Shown piece after piece: positions 36,130 through 48,100 of a stretch of 64,000 nucleotides of DNA. Source of the DNA: Eledone cirrhosa (lineage: Eukaryota); contig OZ024762.1 of assembly GCA_964016885.1 (NCBI GenBank), positions 29,388,001 to 29,452,000 on the forward strand. The letters run 5' to 3'. A program made the position numbers and the translations under genes. Below the pieces are notes generated by a model. That model had not been told where the DNA came from. It was given only the letters and a program-made list of their open reading frames with translations, and ran no database searches. The stretch's first letter is position 1. Each line of letters begins with the position of its first letter.

Positions 36130-39100
36130 ATTGGTAGAGGGTCAGATGTCAGGTTAGGGTGGTGGGTTGGCAGTAAGGGTAGAGAGTCAGACACCATGTT
36201 AGGGTGGTGGGTTAGCAGTAAGGGTAGAGGGTCAGACACCATGTTAGGGTGGTGGGTTGGCAGTAAGGGTAGAGGGTCAGATGTCAGGTTAGGGTGGTGG
36301 ATTGGCAGTAAGGGTAGAGGGTCAGATGTCAGGTTAGGGTGGTGGGTTGGCAGTATTGGTAGAGGTTCAGATGTCATGTTAGGGTGGTGGATTGGCAGTA
36401 AGGGTAGAGGGTCAGATGTCAGGTTAGGGTGGTGGGTTGGCAGTATTGGTAGAGGGTCAGATGTCAGGTTAGGGTGGTGGGTTGGCAGTATTGGTAGAGG
36501 GTCAGATGTCAGGTTAGGGTGGTGGGTTGGCAGTATTGGTAGAGGGTCAGATGTCAGGTTAGGGTGGTAGATTGGTAGTAAGGGTAGAGGGTCAGATGTC
36601 ATGTTAGGGTGGTAGATTTGCAGAATTGGTAGAGGGTCAGATGTCATGTTAGGGTGGTGGGTTGTTAGTAAGGGTAGAGGGTCAGATGTCAGGTTAGGGT
36701 GGTGGGTTGGCAGTAAGGCTAGAGGGTCAGATGCCATGTTAGGGTGGTAGATTTGCAGTATTGGTAGAGGGTCAGATGTCATGTTAGGGTGGTGGGTTGG
36801 CAGTAAGGGTAGAGGGTCAGACACCATGTTAGGGTGGTGGGTTGGCAGTATTGGTAGAGGGTCAGATGTCAGGTTAGGGTGGTGGGTTGGCAGTATTGGT
36901 AGAGGGTCAGATGTCATGTTATGGTGGTGGGTTGGCAGTATTGGTAGAGGGTCAGATGTCATGTTAGGGTGGTGGGTTGGCAGTATTGGTAGAGGGTCAG
37001 ATGTCAGGTTAGGGTGGTAGATTGGCAGTATTGGTAGAGGGTCAGATGTCAGGTTAGGGTGGTGGTTTGGCAGTAAGGGTAGAGGGTCAGATGTCAGGTT
37101 AGGGTGGTGGGTTGGCAGTAAGGGTAGAGGGTCAGATGTCATGTTAGGGTGGTGGGTTTGCAGTATTAGTAGAGGATCAGATGTCAGGTTAGGGTGGTGG
37201 GTTGGCAGTATTGGTAGAGGGTCACATGTCAGGTTAGGGTGGTGGTTTGGCAGTATTGGTAGATGGTCAGATGTCATGTTAGGGTGGTGGTTTGGCAGTA
37301 TTGGTAGAGTGTCAGATGTCAGGTTAGGGTGGTGGGTTGGCAGTATTGGTAGAGGGTCAGGTTAGGGTGGTGGGTTGGCGGTAAGGGTAGAGGGTCAGAT
37401 GTCAGGTTAGGGTGGTGGGTTGGCAGTATTGGTAGAGGTTCAGGTTAGGGTGGTGGGTTGGCGGTAAAGGTAGAGGGTCAGATGTCAGGTTAGGGGGGTG
37501 GATTGGCAGTAAGGGTAGAGGGTCAGATGTCAGGTTAGGGTGGTGGGTTGGCAGTATTGGTAGAGGGTCAGATGTCAGGTTAGGGTGGTGGATTGGCAGT
37601 AAGGGTAGAGGGTTAGATGTCAGGTTAGGGTGGTGGGTTGGCAGTAAGGGTAGAGGGTCAGATGTCAGGTTAGGGTGGTGGGTTGGCAGTAAGGGTAGAG
37701 GGTCAGATGTCAGGTTAGGGTGGTGGGTTGGCAGTATTGGTAGAGGGTCAGATGTCAGGTTAGGGTGGTGGGTTGGCAGTATTGGTAGAGGGTCAGATGT
37801 CAGGTTAGGGTGGGGGGTTGGCAGTATTGGTAGAGGGTCAGATGTCAGGTTAGGGTGGTGGGTTGGCAGTAAGGGTAGAGAGTCAGACACCATGTTAGGG
37901 TGGTGGGTTGGCAGTAAGGGTAGAGGGTCAGACACCATGTTAGGGTGGTGGGTTGGCAGTAAGGGTAGAGGGTCAGATGTCAGGTTAGGGTGGTGGATTG
38001 GCAGTAAGGGTAGAGGGTCAGATGTCAGGTTAGGGTGGTGGGTTTGCAGTATTGGTAGAGGGTCAGATGTCATGTTAGGGTGGTGGATTGGCAGTAAGGG
38101 TAGAGGGTCAGATGTCAGGTTAGGGTGGTGGGTTGGCAGTATTGGTAGAGGGTCAGATGTCAGGTTAGGGTGGTGGGTTGGCAGTATTGGTAGAGGGTCA
38201 GATGTCAGGTTAGGGTGGTGGGTTGGCAGTATTGGTAGAGGGTCAGATGTCAGGTTAGGGTGGTAGATTGGTAGTAAGGGTAGAGGGTCAGATGTCATGT
38301 TAGGGTGGTAGATTTGCAGTATTGGTAGAGGGTCAGATGTCATGTTAGGGTGGTGGGTTGTTAGTAAGGGTAGAGGGTCAGATGTCAGGTTAGGGTGGTG
38401 GGTTGGCAGTAAGGCTAGAGGGTCAGATGCCATGTTAGGGTGGTAGATTTGCAGTATTGGTAGAGGGTCAGATGTCATGTTAGGGTGGTGGGTTGGCAGT
38501 AAGGGTAGAGGGTCAGACACCATGTTAGGGTGGTGGGTTGGCAGTATTGGTAGAGGGTCAGATGTCAGGTTAGGGTGGTGGGTTGGCAGTAAGGGTAGAG
38601 GGTCAGATGTCAGGTTAGGGTGGTGGGTTGGCAGTATTGGTAGAGGGTCAGATGTCAGGTTAGGGTGGTGGATTGGCAGTAAGGGTAGAGGGTTAGATGT
38701 CAGGTTAGGGTGGTGGGTTGGCAGTAAGGGTAGAGGATCAGATGTCAGGTTAGGGTGGTGGGTTGGCAGTAAGGGTAGAGGGTCAGATGTCAGGTTAGGG
38801 TGGTGGGTTGGCAGTATTGGTAGAGGGTCAGATGTCAGGTTAGGGTGGTGGGTTGGCAGTATTGGTAGAGGGTCAGATGTCAGGTTAGGGTGGGGGGTTG
38901 GCAGTATTGGTAGAGGGTCAGATGTCAGGTTAGGGTGGTGGGTTGGCAGTAAGGGTAGAGAGTCAGACACCATGTTAGGGTGGTGGGTTGGCAGTAAGGG
39001 TAGAGGGTCAGACACCATGTTAGGGTGGTGGGTTGGCAGTAAGGGTAGAGGGTCAGATGTCAGGTTAGGGTGGTGGATTGGCAGTAAGGGTAGAGGGTCA

Positions 39101-42100
39101 GATGTCAGGTTAGGGTGGTGGGTTGGCAGTATTGGTAGAGGGTCAGATGTCATGTTAGGGTGGTGGATTGGCAGTAAGGGTAGAGGGTCAGATGTCAGGT
39201 TAGGGTGGTGGGTTGGCAGTATTGGTAGAGGGTCAGATGTCAGGTTAGGGTGGTGGGTTGGCAGTATTGGTAGAGGGTCAGATGTCAGGTTAGGGTGGTG
39301 GGTTGGCAGTATTGGTAGAGGGTCAGATGTCAGGTTAGGGTGGTAGATTGGTAGTAAGGGTAGAGGGTCAGATGTCATGTTAGGGTGGTAGATTTGCAGT
39401 ATTGGTAGAGGGTCAGATGTCATGTTAGGGTGGTGGGTTGTTAGTAAGGGTAGAGGGTCAGATGTCAGGTTAGGGTGGTGGGTTGGCAGTAAGGCTAGAG
39501 GGTCAGATGCCATGTTAGGGTGGTAGATTTGCAGTATTGGTAGAGGGTCAGATGTCATGTTAGGGTGGTGGGTTGGCAGTAAGGGTAGAGGGTCAGACAC
39601 CATGTTAGGGTGGTGGGTTGGCAGTATTGGTAGAGGGTCAGATGTCAGGTTAGAGTGGTGGGTTGGCAGTATTGGTAGAGGGTCAGATGTCATGTTAGGG
39701 TGGTGGGTTGGCAGTATTGGTAGAGGGTCAGATGTCAGGTTAGGGTGGTTGGTTGGCAGTATTGGTAGAGGGTCACATGTCATGTTAGGGTGGTGGGTTG
39801 GCAGTATTGGTAGAGGGTCAGACGTCAGGTTAGGGTGGTGGGTTGGCAGTATTGGTAGAGGGTCAGATGTCAGGTTAGGGTGGTGGGTTGGCAGTATTGG
39901 TAGAGGGTCAGATGTCATGTTAGTGTGGTAGATTGGTAGTAAGGGTAGAGGGTCAGATGTCATGTTAGGGTGGTGGGTTGGCAGTATTGGTAGAGGGTCA
40001 GATATCAGGTTAGGGTGGTGGGTTGGCAGTAAGGGTAGAGGGTCAGATGTCAGGTTAGGGTGGTGGGTTGGCAGTAAGGGTAGAGTGTCAGATGTCATGT
40101 TAGGGTGGTGGGTTGGCAGTAAGGGTAGAGTGTCAGATGTCATGTTAGGGTGGTGGGTTGGCAGTAAGGGTAGAGGGTCAGATGTCAGGTTAGGGTGGTG
40201 GGTTGGCAGTATTGGTAGAGGGTCAGATGTCAGGTTAGGGTGGTGGGTTGGCAGTATTGGTAGAGGGTCAGATGTCAGGTTAGGGTGGTGGGTTGGCAGT
40301 ATTGGTAGAGGGTCAGATGTCATGTTATGGTGGTGGGTTGGCAGTAAGGGTAGAGGGTCAGATGTCATGTTAGGGTGGTGGGTTGGCAGTATTGGTAGAG
40401 GGTCAGATGTCAGGTTAGGGTGGTAGATTGGCAGTTTTGGTAGAGGGTCAGATGTCAGGTTACGGTGGTGGTTTGGCAGTAAGGGTAGAGGGTCAGATGT
40501 CAGGTTAGGGTGGTGGGTTGGCAGTAAGGGTAGAGGGTCAGATGTCATGTTTGGGTGGTGGGTTTGCAGTATTGGTAGAGGGTCAGATGTCAGGTTAGGG
40601 TGGTGGGTTGGCAGTATTGGTAGAGGGTCACATGTCAGGTTAGGGTGGTGGTTTGGCAGTATTGGTAGAGGGTCAGATGTCATGTTAGGGTGGTGGTTTG
40701 GCAGTATTGGTAGAGTGTCAGATGTCATGTCAGGGTGGTGGTTTGGCAGTAAGGGTAGAGGGTCAGATGTCATGTTAGGGTGGTGGGATGGCAGTAAGGG
40801 TAGAGGGTCAGATGTCATGTTAGGGTGGTGGGTTGGCAGTATTGGTAGAGGGTCAGACGCCATGTTAGGGTGGTGGGTTGGCAGTATTGGTAGAGGGTCA
40901 GATATCATGTTAGGGTGGTGGGTTGGCAGTATTGGTAGAGGGTCAGATGTCATGTTAGGGTGGTGGGTTGGCAGTATTGGTAGAGGGTCAGATGTCACGT
41001 TAGGGTGGTGGGTTGGCAGTAAGGGAAGAGGGTCAGATGTCAGCTTAGGGTGGTGGGTTGCCAGTATTGGTAGAGGGTCAGATGTCAGGTTAGGGTGGTG
41101 GGTTGGCAGTATTGGTAGAGGGTCAAATGTCAGGTTAGGGTGGTGGGTTGGCAGTATTGGTAGAGGGTCAGATGTCAGGTTAGGGTGGTGGGTTGGCAGT
41201 AAGGGTAGAGGGTCAGATGTCAGGTTAGGGTGGTGGGTTGGCAGTATTGGTAGAGGGTCAGATGTCATGTTAGGTTGGTGGGTTGGCAGTATTGGTAGAG
41301 GGTCAGATGTCAGGTTAGGGTGGTAGATTGGTAGTAAGGGTAGAGGGTCAGATGTCATGTTAGGGTGGTAGATTTGCAGTATTGGTAGAGGGTCAGATGT
41401 CATGTTAGCGTGGTGGGTTGTTAGTAAGGGTAGAGGGTCAGATGTCAGGTTAGGGTGGTGGGTTGGCAGTAAGGGTAGAGGGTCACATGCCATGTTAGGG
41501 TGGTAGATTTGCAGTATTGGTAGAGGGTCAGATGTCATGTTAGGGTGGTGGGTTGGCAGTAAGGGTAGAGGGTCAGACACCATGTTAGGGTGGTTGGTTG
41601 GCAGTATTGGTAGAGGGTCAGATGTCAGGTTAGGGTGGTGGGTTGGCAGTATTGGTAGAGGGTCAGATGTCAGGTTAGGGTGGTGGGTTGGCAGTATTGG
41701 TAGAGGGTCAGATGTCATGTTAGGATGGTGGATTGGCAGTAAGGGTAGAGGGTCAGATGTCATGTTAGGGTGGTGGGTTGGCAGTGTTGGTAAAGGGTCA
41801 GATGTCAGGTTAGGGTGGTGGGTTGGCAGTATTGGTAGAGGGTCAGATGTCAGGTTAGGGTGGTGGGTTGGCAGTATTGGTAGAGGGTCAAATGTCATGT
41901 TAGGGTGGTAGATTGGTAGTAAGGGTAGAGGGTCAGATGTCATGTTAGGGTGGTGGGTTGGCAGTATTGGTAGAGGGTCAGATGTCAGGTTAGGGTGGTG
42001 GGTTGGCAGTAAGGGTAGAGAGTCAGATGTCATGTTAGGGTGGTGGGTTGGCAGTAAGGGTAGAGGGTCAGATGTCAGGTTAGGGTGGTGGGTTGGCAGT

Positions 42101-45100
42101 ATTGGTAGAGGGTCAGATGTCAGGTTAGGGTGGTGGGTTGGCAGTATTGGTAGAGGGTCAGATGTCAGGTTAGGGTGGTGGGTTGGCAGTATTGGTAGAG
42201 GGTCAGATGTCATGTTAGGGTGGTGGGTTGGCAGTATTGGTAGAGGGTCAGATGTCAGGTTAGGGTGGTGGGTTGGTAGTAAGGGTAGAGGGTCAGATGT
42301 CATGTTAGGGTGGTGGGTTGGCAGTATTGGTAGAGTGTCAGATGTCAGGTTAGGGTGGTAGATTGGCAGTATTGGTAGAGGGTCAGATGTCAATGTTAAG
42401 GTGGTGGTTTGGCAGTAAGGGTAGAGGGTCAGATGTCAGGTTAGGGTGGTGGGTTGGCAGTATTGGTAGAGGGTCAGATGTCATGTTAGGGTGGTGGGTT
42501 GGCAGTATTGGTAGAGGGTCAGATGTCAGGTTAGGGTGGTGGGTTGGTAGTAAGGGTAGAGGGTCAGATGTCATGTTAGGGTGGTGGGTTGGCAGTATTG
42601 GTAGAGGGTCAGATGTCAGGTTAGGGTGGTGGTTTGGCAGTATTGGTAGAGGGTCAGATGTCATGTTAGGGTGGTGGGTTGGCAGTATTGGTAGAGGGTC
42701 AGATGTCAGGTTAGGGTGGTGGGTTGGCAGTAAGGGTAGAGAGTCAGACACCATGTTAGGGTGGTGGGTTAGCAGTAAGGGTAGAGGGTCAGACACCATG
42801 TTAGGGTGGTGGGTTGGCAGTAAGGGTAGAGGGTCAGATGTCAGGTTAGGGTGGTGGATTGGCAGTAAGGGTAGAGGGTCAGATGTCAGGTTAGGGTGGT
42901 GGGTTGGCAGTATTGGTAGAGGGTCAGATGTCATGTTAGGGTGGTGGATTGGCAGTAAGGGTAGAGGGTCAGATGTCAGGTTAGGGTGGTGGGTTGGCAG
43001 TATTGGTAGAGGGTCAGATGTCAGGTTAGGGTGGTGGGTTGGCAGTATTGGTAGAGGGTCAGATGTCAGGTTAGGGTGGTGGGTTGGCAGTATTGGTAGA
43101 GGGTCAGATGTCAGGTTAGGGTGGTAGATTGGTAGTAAGGGTAGAGGGTCAGATGTCATGTTAGGGTGGTAGATTTGCAGTATTGGTAGAGGGTCAGATG
43201 TCATGTTAGGGTGGTGGGTTGTTAGTAAGGGTAGAGGGTCAGATGTCAGGTTAGGGTGGTGGGTTGGCAGTAAGGCTAGAGGGTCAGATGCCATGTTAGG
43301 GTGGTAGATTTGCAGTATTGGTAGAGGGTCAGATGTCATGTTAGGGTGGTGGGTTGGCAGTAAGGGTAGAGGGTCAGACACCATGTTAGGGTGGTGGGTT
43401 GGCAGTATTGGTAGAGGGTCAGATGTCAGGTTAGGGTGGTGGGTTGGCAGTATTGGTAGAGGGTCAGATGTCATGTTATGGTGGTGGGTTGGCAGTATTG
43501 GTAGAGGGTCAGATGTCATGTTAGGGTGGTGGGTTGGCAGTATTGGTAGAGGGTCAGATGTCAGGTTAGGGTGGTAGATTGGCAGTATTGGTAGAGGGTC
43601 AGATGTCAGGTTAGGGTGGTGGTTTGGCAGTAAGGGTAGAGGGTCAGATGTCAGGTTAGGGTGGTGGGTTGGCAGTAAGGGTAGAGGGTCAGATGTCATG
43701 TTAGGGTGGTGGGTTTGCAGTATTAGTAGAGGATCAGATGTCAGGTTAGGGTGGTGGGTTGGCAGTATTGGTAGAGGGTCACATGTCAGGTTAGGGTGGT
43801 GGTTTGGCAGTATTGGTAGATGGTCAGATGTCATGTTAGGGTGGTGGTTTGGCAGTATTGGTAGAGTGTCAGATGTCAGGTTAGGGTGGTGGGTTGGCAG
43901 TATTGGTAGAGGGTCAGGTTAGGGTGGTGGGTTGGCGGTAAGGGTAGAGGGTCAGATGTCAGGTTAGGGTGGTGGGTTGGCAGTATTGGTAGAGGTTCAG
44001 GTTAGGGTGGTGGGTTGGCGGTAAAGGTAGAGGGTCAGATGTCAGGTTAGGGGGGTGGATTGGCAGTAAGGGTAGAGGGTGAGATGTCAGGTTAGGGTGG
44101 TGGGTTGGCAGTATTGGTAGAGGGTCAGATGTCAGGTTAGGGTGGTGGATTGGCAGTAAGGGTAGAGGGTTAGATGTCAGGTTAGGGTGGTGGGTTGGCA
44201 GTAAGGGTAGAGGGTCAGATGTCAGGTTAGGGTGGTGGGTTGGCAGTAAGGGTAGAGGGTCAGATGTCAGGTTAGGGTGGTGGGTTGGCAGTATTGGTAG
44301 AGGGTCAGATGTCAGGTTAGGGTGGTGGGTTGGCAGTATTGGTAGAGGGTCAGATGTCAGGTTAGGGTGGGGGGTTGGCAGAATTGGTAGAGGGTCAGAT
44401 GTCAGGTTAGGGTGGTGGGTTGGCAGTAAGGGTAGAGAGTCAGACACCATGTTAGGGTGGTGGGTTGGCAGTAAGGGTAGAGGGTCAGACACCATGTTAG
44501 GGTGGTGGGTTGGCAGTAAGGGTAGAGGGTCAGATGTCAGGTTAGGGTGGTGGATTGGCAGTAAGGGTAGAGGGTCAGATGTCAGGTTAGGGTGGTGGGT
44601 TTGCAGTATTGGTAGAGGGTCAGATGTCATGTTAGGGTGGTGGATTGGCAGTAAGGGTAGAGGGTCAGATGTCAGGTTAGAGTGGTGGGTTGGCAGTATT
44701 GGTAGAGGGTCAGATGTCAGGTTAGGGTGGTGGGTTGGCAGTATTGGTAGAGGGTCAGATGTCAGGTTAGGGTGGTGGGTTGGCAGTATTGGTAGAGGGT
44801 CAGATGTCAGGTTAGGGTGGTAGATTGGTAGTAAGGGTAGAGGGTCAGATGTCATGTTAGGGTGGTAGATTTGCAGTATTGGTAGAGGGTCAGATGTCAT
44901 GTTAGGGTGGTGGGTTGTTAGTAAGGGTAGAGGGTCAGATGTCAGGTTAGGGTGGTGGGTTGGCAGTAAGGCTAGAGGGTCAGATGCCATGTTAGGGTGG
45001 TAGATTTGCAGTATTGGTAGAGGGTCAGATGTCATGTTAGGGTGGTGGGTTGGCAGTAAGGGTAGAGGGTCAGACACCATGTTAGGGTGGTGGGTTGGCA

Positions 45101-48100
45101 GTATTGGTAGAGGGTCAGATGTCAGGTTAGGGTGGTGGGTTGGCAGTAAGGGTAGAGGGTCAGATGTCAGGTTAGGGTGGTGGGTTGGCAGTTTGGTAGA
45201 GGGTCAGATGTCAGGTTAGGGTGGTGGATTGGCAGTAAGGGTAGAGGGTTAGATGTCAGGTTAGGGTGGTGGGTTGGCAGTAAGGGTAGAGGATCAGATG
45301 TCAGGTTAGGGTGGTGGGTTGGCAGTAAGGGTAGAGGGTCAGATGTCAGGTTAGGGTGGTGGGTTGGCAGTATTGGTAGAGGGTCAGATGTCAGGTTAGG
45401 GTGGTGGGTTGGCAGTATTGGTAGAGGGTCAGATGTCAGGTTAGGGTGGGGGGTTGGCAGTATTGGTAGAGGGTCAGATGTCAGGTTAGGGTGGTGGGTT
45501 GGCAGTAAGGGTAGAGAGTCAGACACCATGTTAGGGTGGTGGGTTGGCAGTAAGGGTAGAGGGTCAGACACCATGTTAGGGTGGTGGGTTGGCAGTAAGG
45601 GTAGAGGGTCAGATGTCAGGTTAGGGTGGTGGATTGGCAGTAAGGGTAGAGGGTCAGATGTCAGGTTAGGGTGGTGGGTTGGCAGTATTGGTAGAGGGTC
45701 AGATGTCATGTTAGGGTGGTGGATTGGCAGTAAGGGTAGAGGGTCAGATGTCAGGTTAGGGTGGTGGGTTGGCAGTATTGGTAGAGGGTCAGATGTCAGG
45801 TTAGGGTGGTGGGTTGGCAGTATTGGTAGAGGGTCAGATGTCAGGTTAGGGTGGTGGGTTGGCAGTATTGGTAGAGGGTCAGATGTCAGGTTAGGGTGGT
45901 AGATTGGGAGTAAGGGTAGAGGGTCAGATGTCATGTTAGGGTGGTAGATTTGCAGTATTGGTAGAGGGTCAGATGTCATGTTAGGGTGGTGGGTTGTTAG
46001 TAACGGTAGAGGGTCAGATGTCAGGTTAGGGTGGTGGGTTGGCAGTAAGGCTAGAGGGTCAGATGCCATGTTAGGGTGGTAGATTTGCAGTATTGGTAGA
46101 GGGTCAGATGTCATGTTAGGGTGGTGGGTTGGCAGTAAGGGTAGAGGGTCAGACACCATGTTAGGGTGGTGGGTTGGCAGTATTGGTAGAGGGTCAGACG
46201 TCAGGTTAGGGTGGTGGGTTGGCAGTATTGGTAGAGGGTCAGATGTCAGGTTAGGGTGGTGGGTTGGCAGTATTGGTAGAGGGTCAGATGTCATGTTAGT
46301 GTGGTAGATTGGTAGTAAGGGTAGAGGGTCAGATGTCATGTTAGGGTGGTGGGTTGGCAGTATTGGTAGAGGGTCAGATATCAGGTTAGGGTGGTGGGTT
46401 GGCAGTAAGGGTAGAGGGTCAGATGTCAGGTTAGGGTGGTGGGTTGGCAGTAAGGGTAGAGTGTCAGATGTCATGTTAGGGTGGTGGGTTGGCAGTAAGG
46501 GTAGAGGGTCAGATGTCAGGTTAGGGTGGTGGGTTGGCAGTATTGGTAGAGGGTCAGATGTCAGGTTAGGGTGGTGGGTTGGCAGTATTGGTAGAGGGTC
46601 AGATGTCAGGTTAGGGTGGTGGGTTGGCAGTATTGGTAGAGGGTCAGATGTCATGTTATGGTGGTGGGTTGGCAGTAAGGGTAGAGGGTCAGATGTCATG
46701 TTAGGGTGGTGGGTTGGCAGTATTGGTAGAGGGTCAGATGTCAGGTTAGGGTGGTAGATTGGCAGTTTTGGTAGAGGGTCAGATGTCAGGTTACGGTGGT
46801 GGTTTGGCAGTAAGGGTAGAGGGTCAGATGTCAGGTTAGGGTGGTGGGTTGGCAGTAAGGGTAGAGGGTCAGATGTCATGTTTGGGTGGTGGGTTTGCAG
46901 TATTGGTAGAGGGTCAGATGTCAGGTTAGGGTGGTGGGTTGGCAGTATTGGTAGAGGGTCACATGTCAGGTTAGGGTGGTGGTTTGGCAGTATTGGTAGA
47001 GGGTCAGATGTCATGTTAGGGTGGTGGTTTGGCAGTATTGGTAGAGTGTCAGATGTCATGTCAGGGTGGTGGTTTGGCAGTAAGGGTAGAGGGTCAGATG
47101 TCATGTTAGGGTGGTGGGATGGCAGTAAGGGTAGAGGGTCAGATGTCATGTTAGGGTGGTGGGTTGGCAGTATTGGTAGAGGGTCAGACGCCATGTTAGG
47201 GTGGTGGGTTGGCAGTATTGGTAGAGGGTCAGATATCATGTTAGGGTGGTGGGTTGGCAGTATTGGTAGAGGGTCAGATGTCATGTTAGGGTGGTGGGTT
47301 GGCAGTATTGGTAGAGGGTCAGATGTCAGGTTAGGGTGGTGGGTTGGCAGTAAGGGAAGAGGGTCAGATGTCAGCTTAGGGTGGTGGGTTGCCAGTATTG
47401 GTAGAGGGTCAGATGTCAGGTTAGGGTGGTGGGTTGGCAGTATTGGTAGAGGGTCAAATGTCAGGTTAGGGTGGTGGGTTGGCAGTATTGGTAGAGGGTC
47501 AGATGTCAGGTTAGGGTGGTGGGTTGGCAGTAAGGGTAGAGGGTCAGATGTCAGGTTAGGGTGGTGGGTTGGCAGTATTGGTAGAGGGTCAGATGTCATG
47601 TTAGGTTGGTGGGTTGGCAGTATTGGTAGAGGGTCAGATGTCAGGTTAGGGTGGTAGATTGGTAGTAAGGGTAGAGGGTCAGATGTCATGTTAGGGTGGT
47701 AGATTTGCAGTATTGGTAGAGGGTCAGATGTCATGTTAGCGTGGTGGGTTGTTAGTAAGGGTAGAGGGTCAGATGTCAGGTTAGGGTGGTGGGTTGGCAG
47801 TAAGGGTAGAGGGTCACATGCCATGTTAGGGTGGTAGATTTGCAGTATTGGTAGAGGGTCAGATGTCATGTTAGGGTGGTGGGTTGGCAGTAAGGGTAGA
47901 GGGTCAGACACCATGTTAGGGTGGTTGGTTGGCAGTATTGGTAGAGGGTCAGATGTCAGGTTAGGGTGGTGGGTTGGCAGTATTGGTAGAGGGTCAGATG
48001 TCAGGTTAGGGTGGTGGGTTGGCAGTATTGGTAGAGGGTCAGATGTCATGTTAGGATGGTGGATTGGCAGTAAGGGTAGAGGGTCAGATGTCATGTTAGG

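Larger units (their letters stand above)
27890..36560 (+). repeat. Higher-order repeat, period about 4343-4389 bp, two copies with unit-scale indels
   Basis: ORFs 28094..28762 and 32437..33105 translate identically (+4343). The triple 7-bp-deletion cluster recurs at 30927/35316 and 31047/35436 (+4389 = 98x45-21). Confidence 0.88.
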
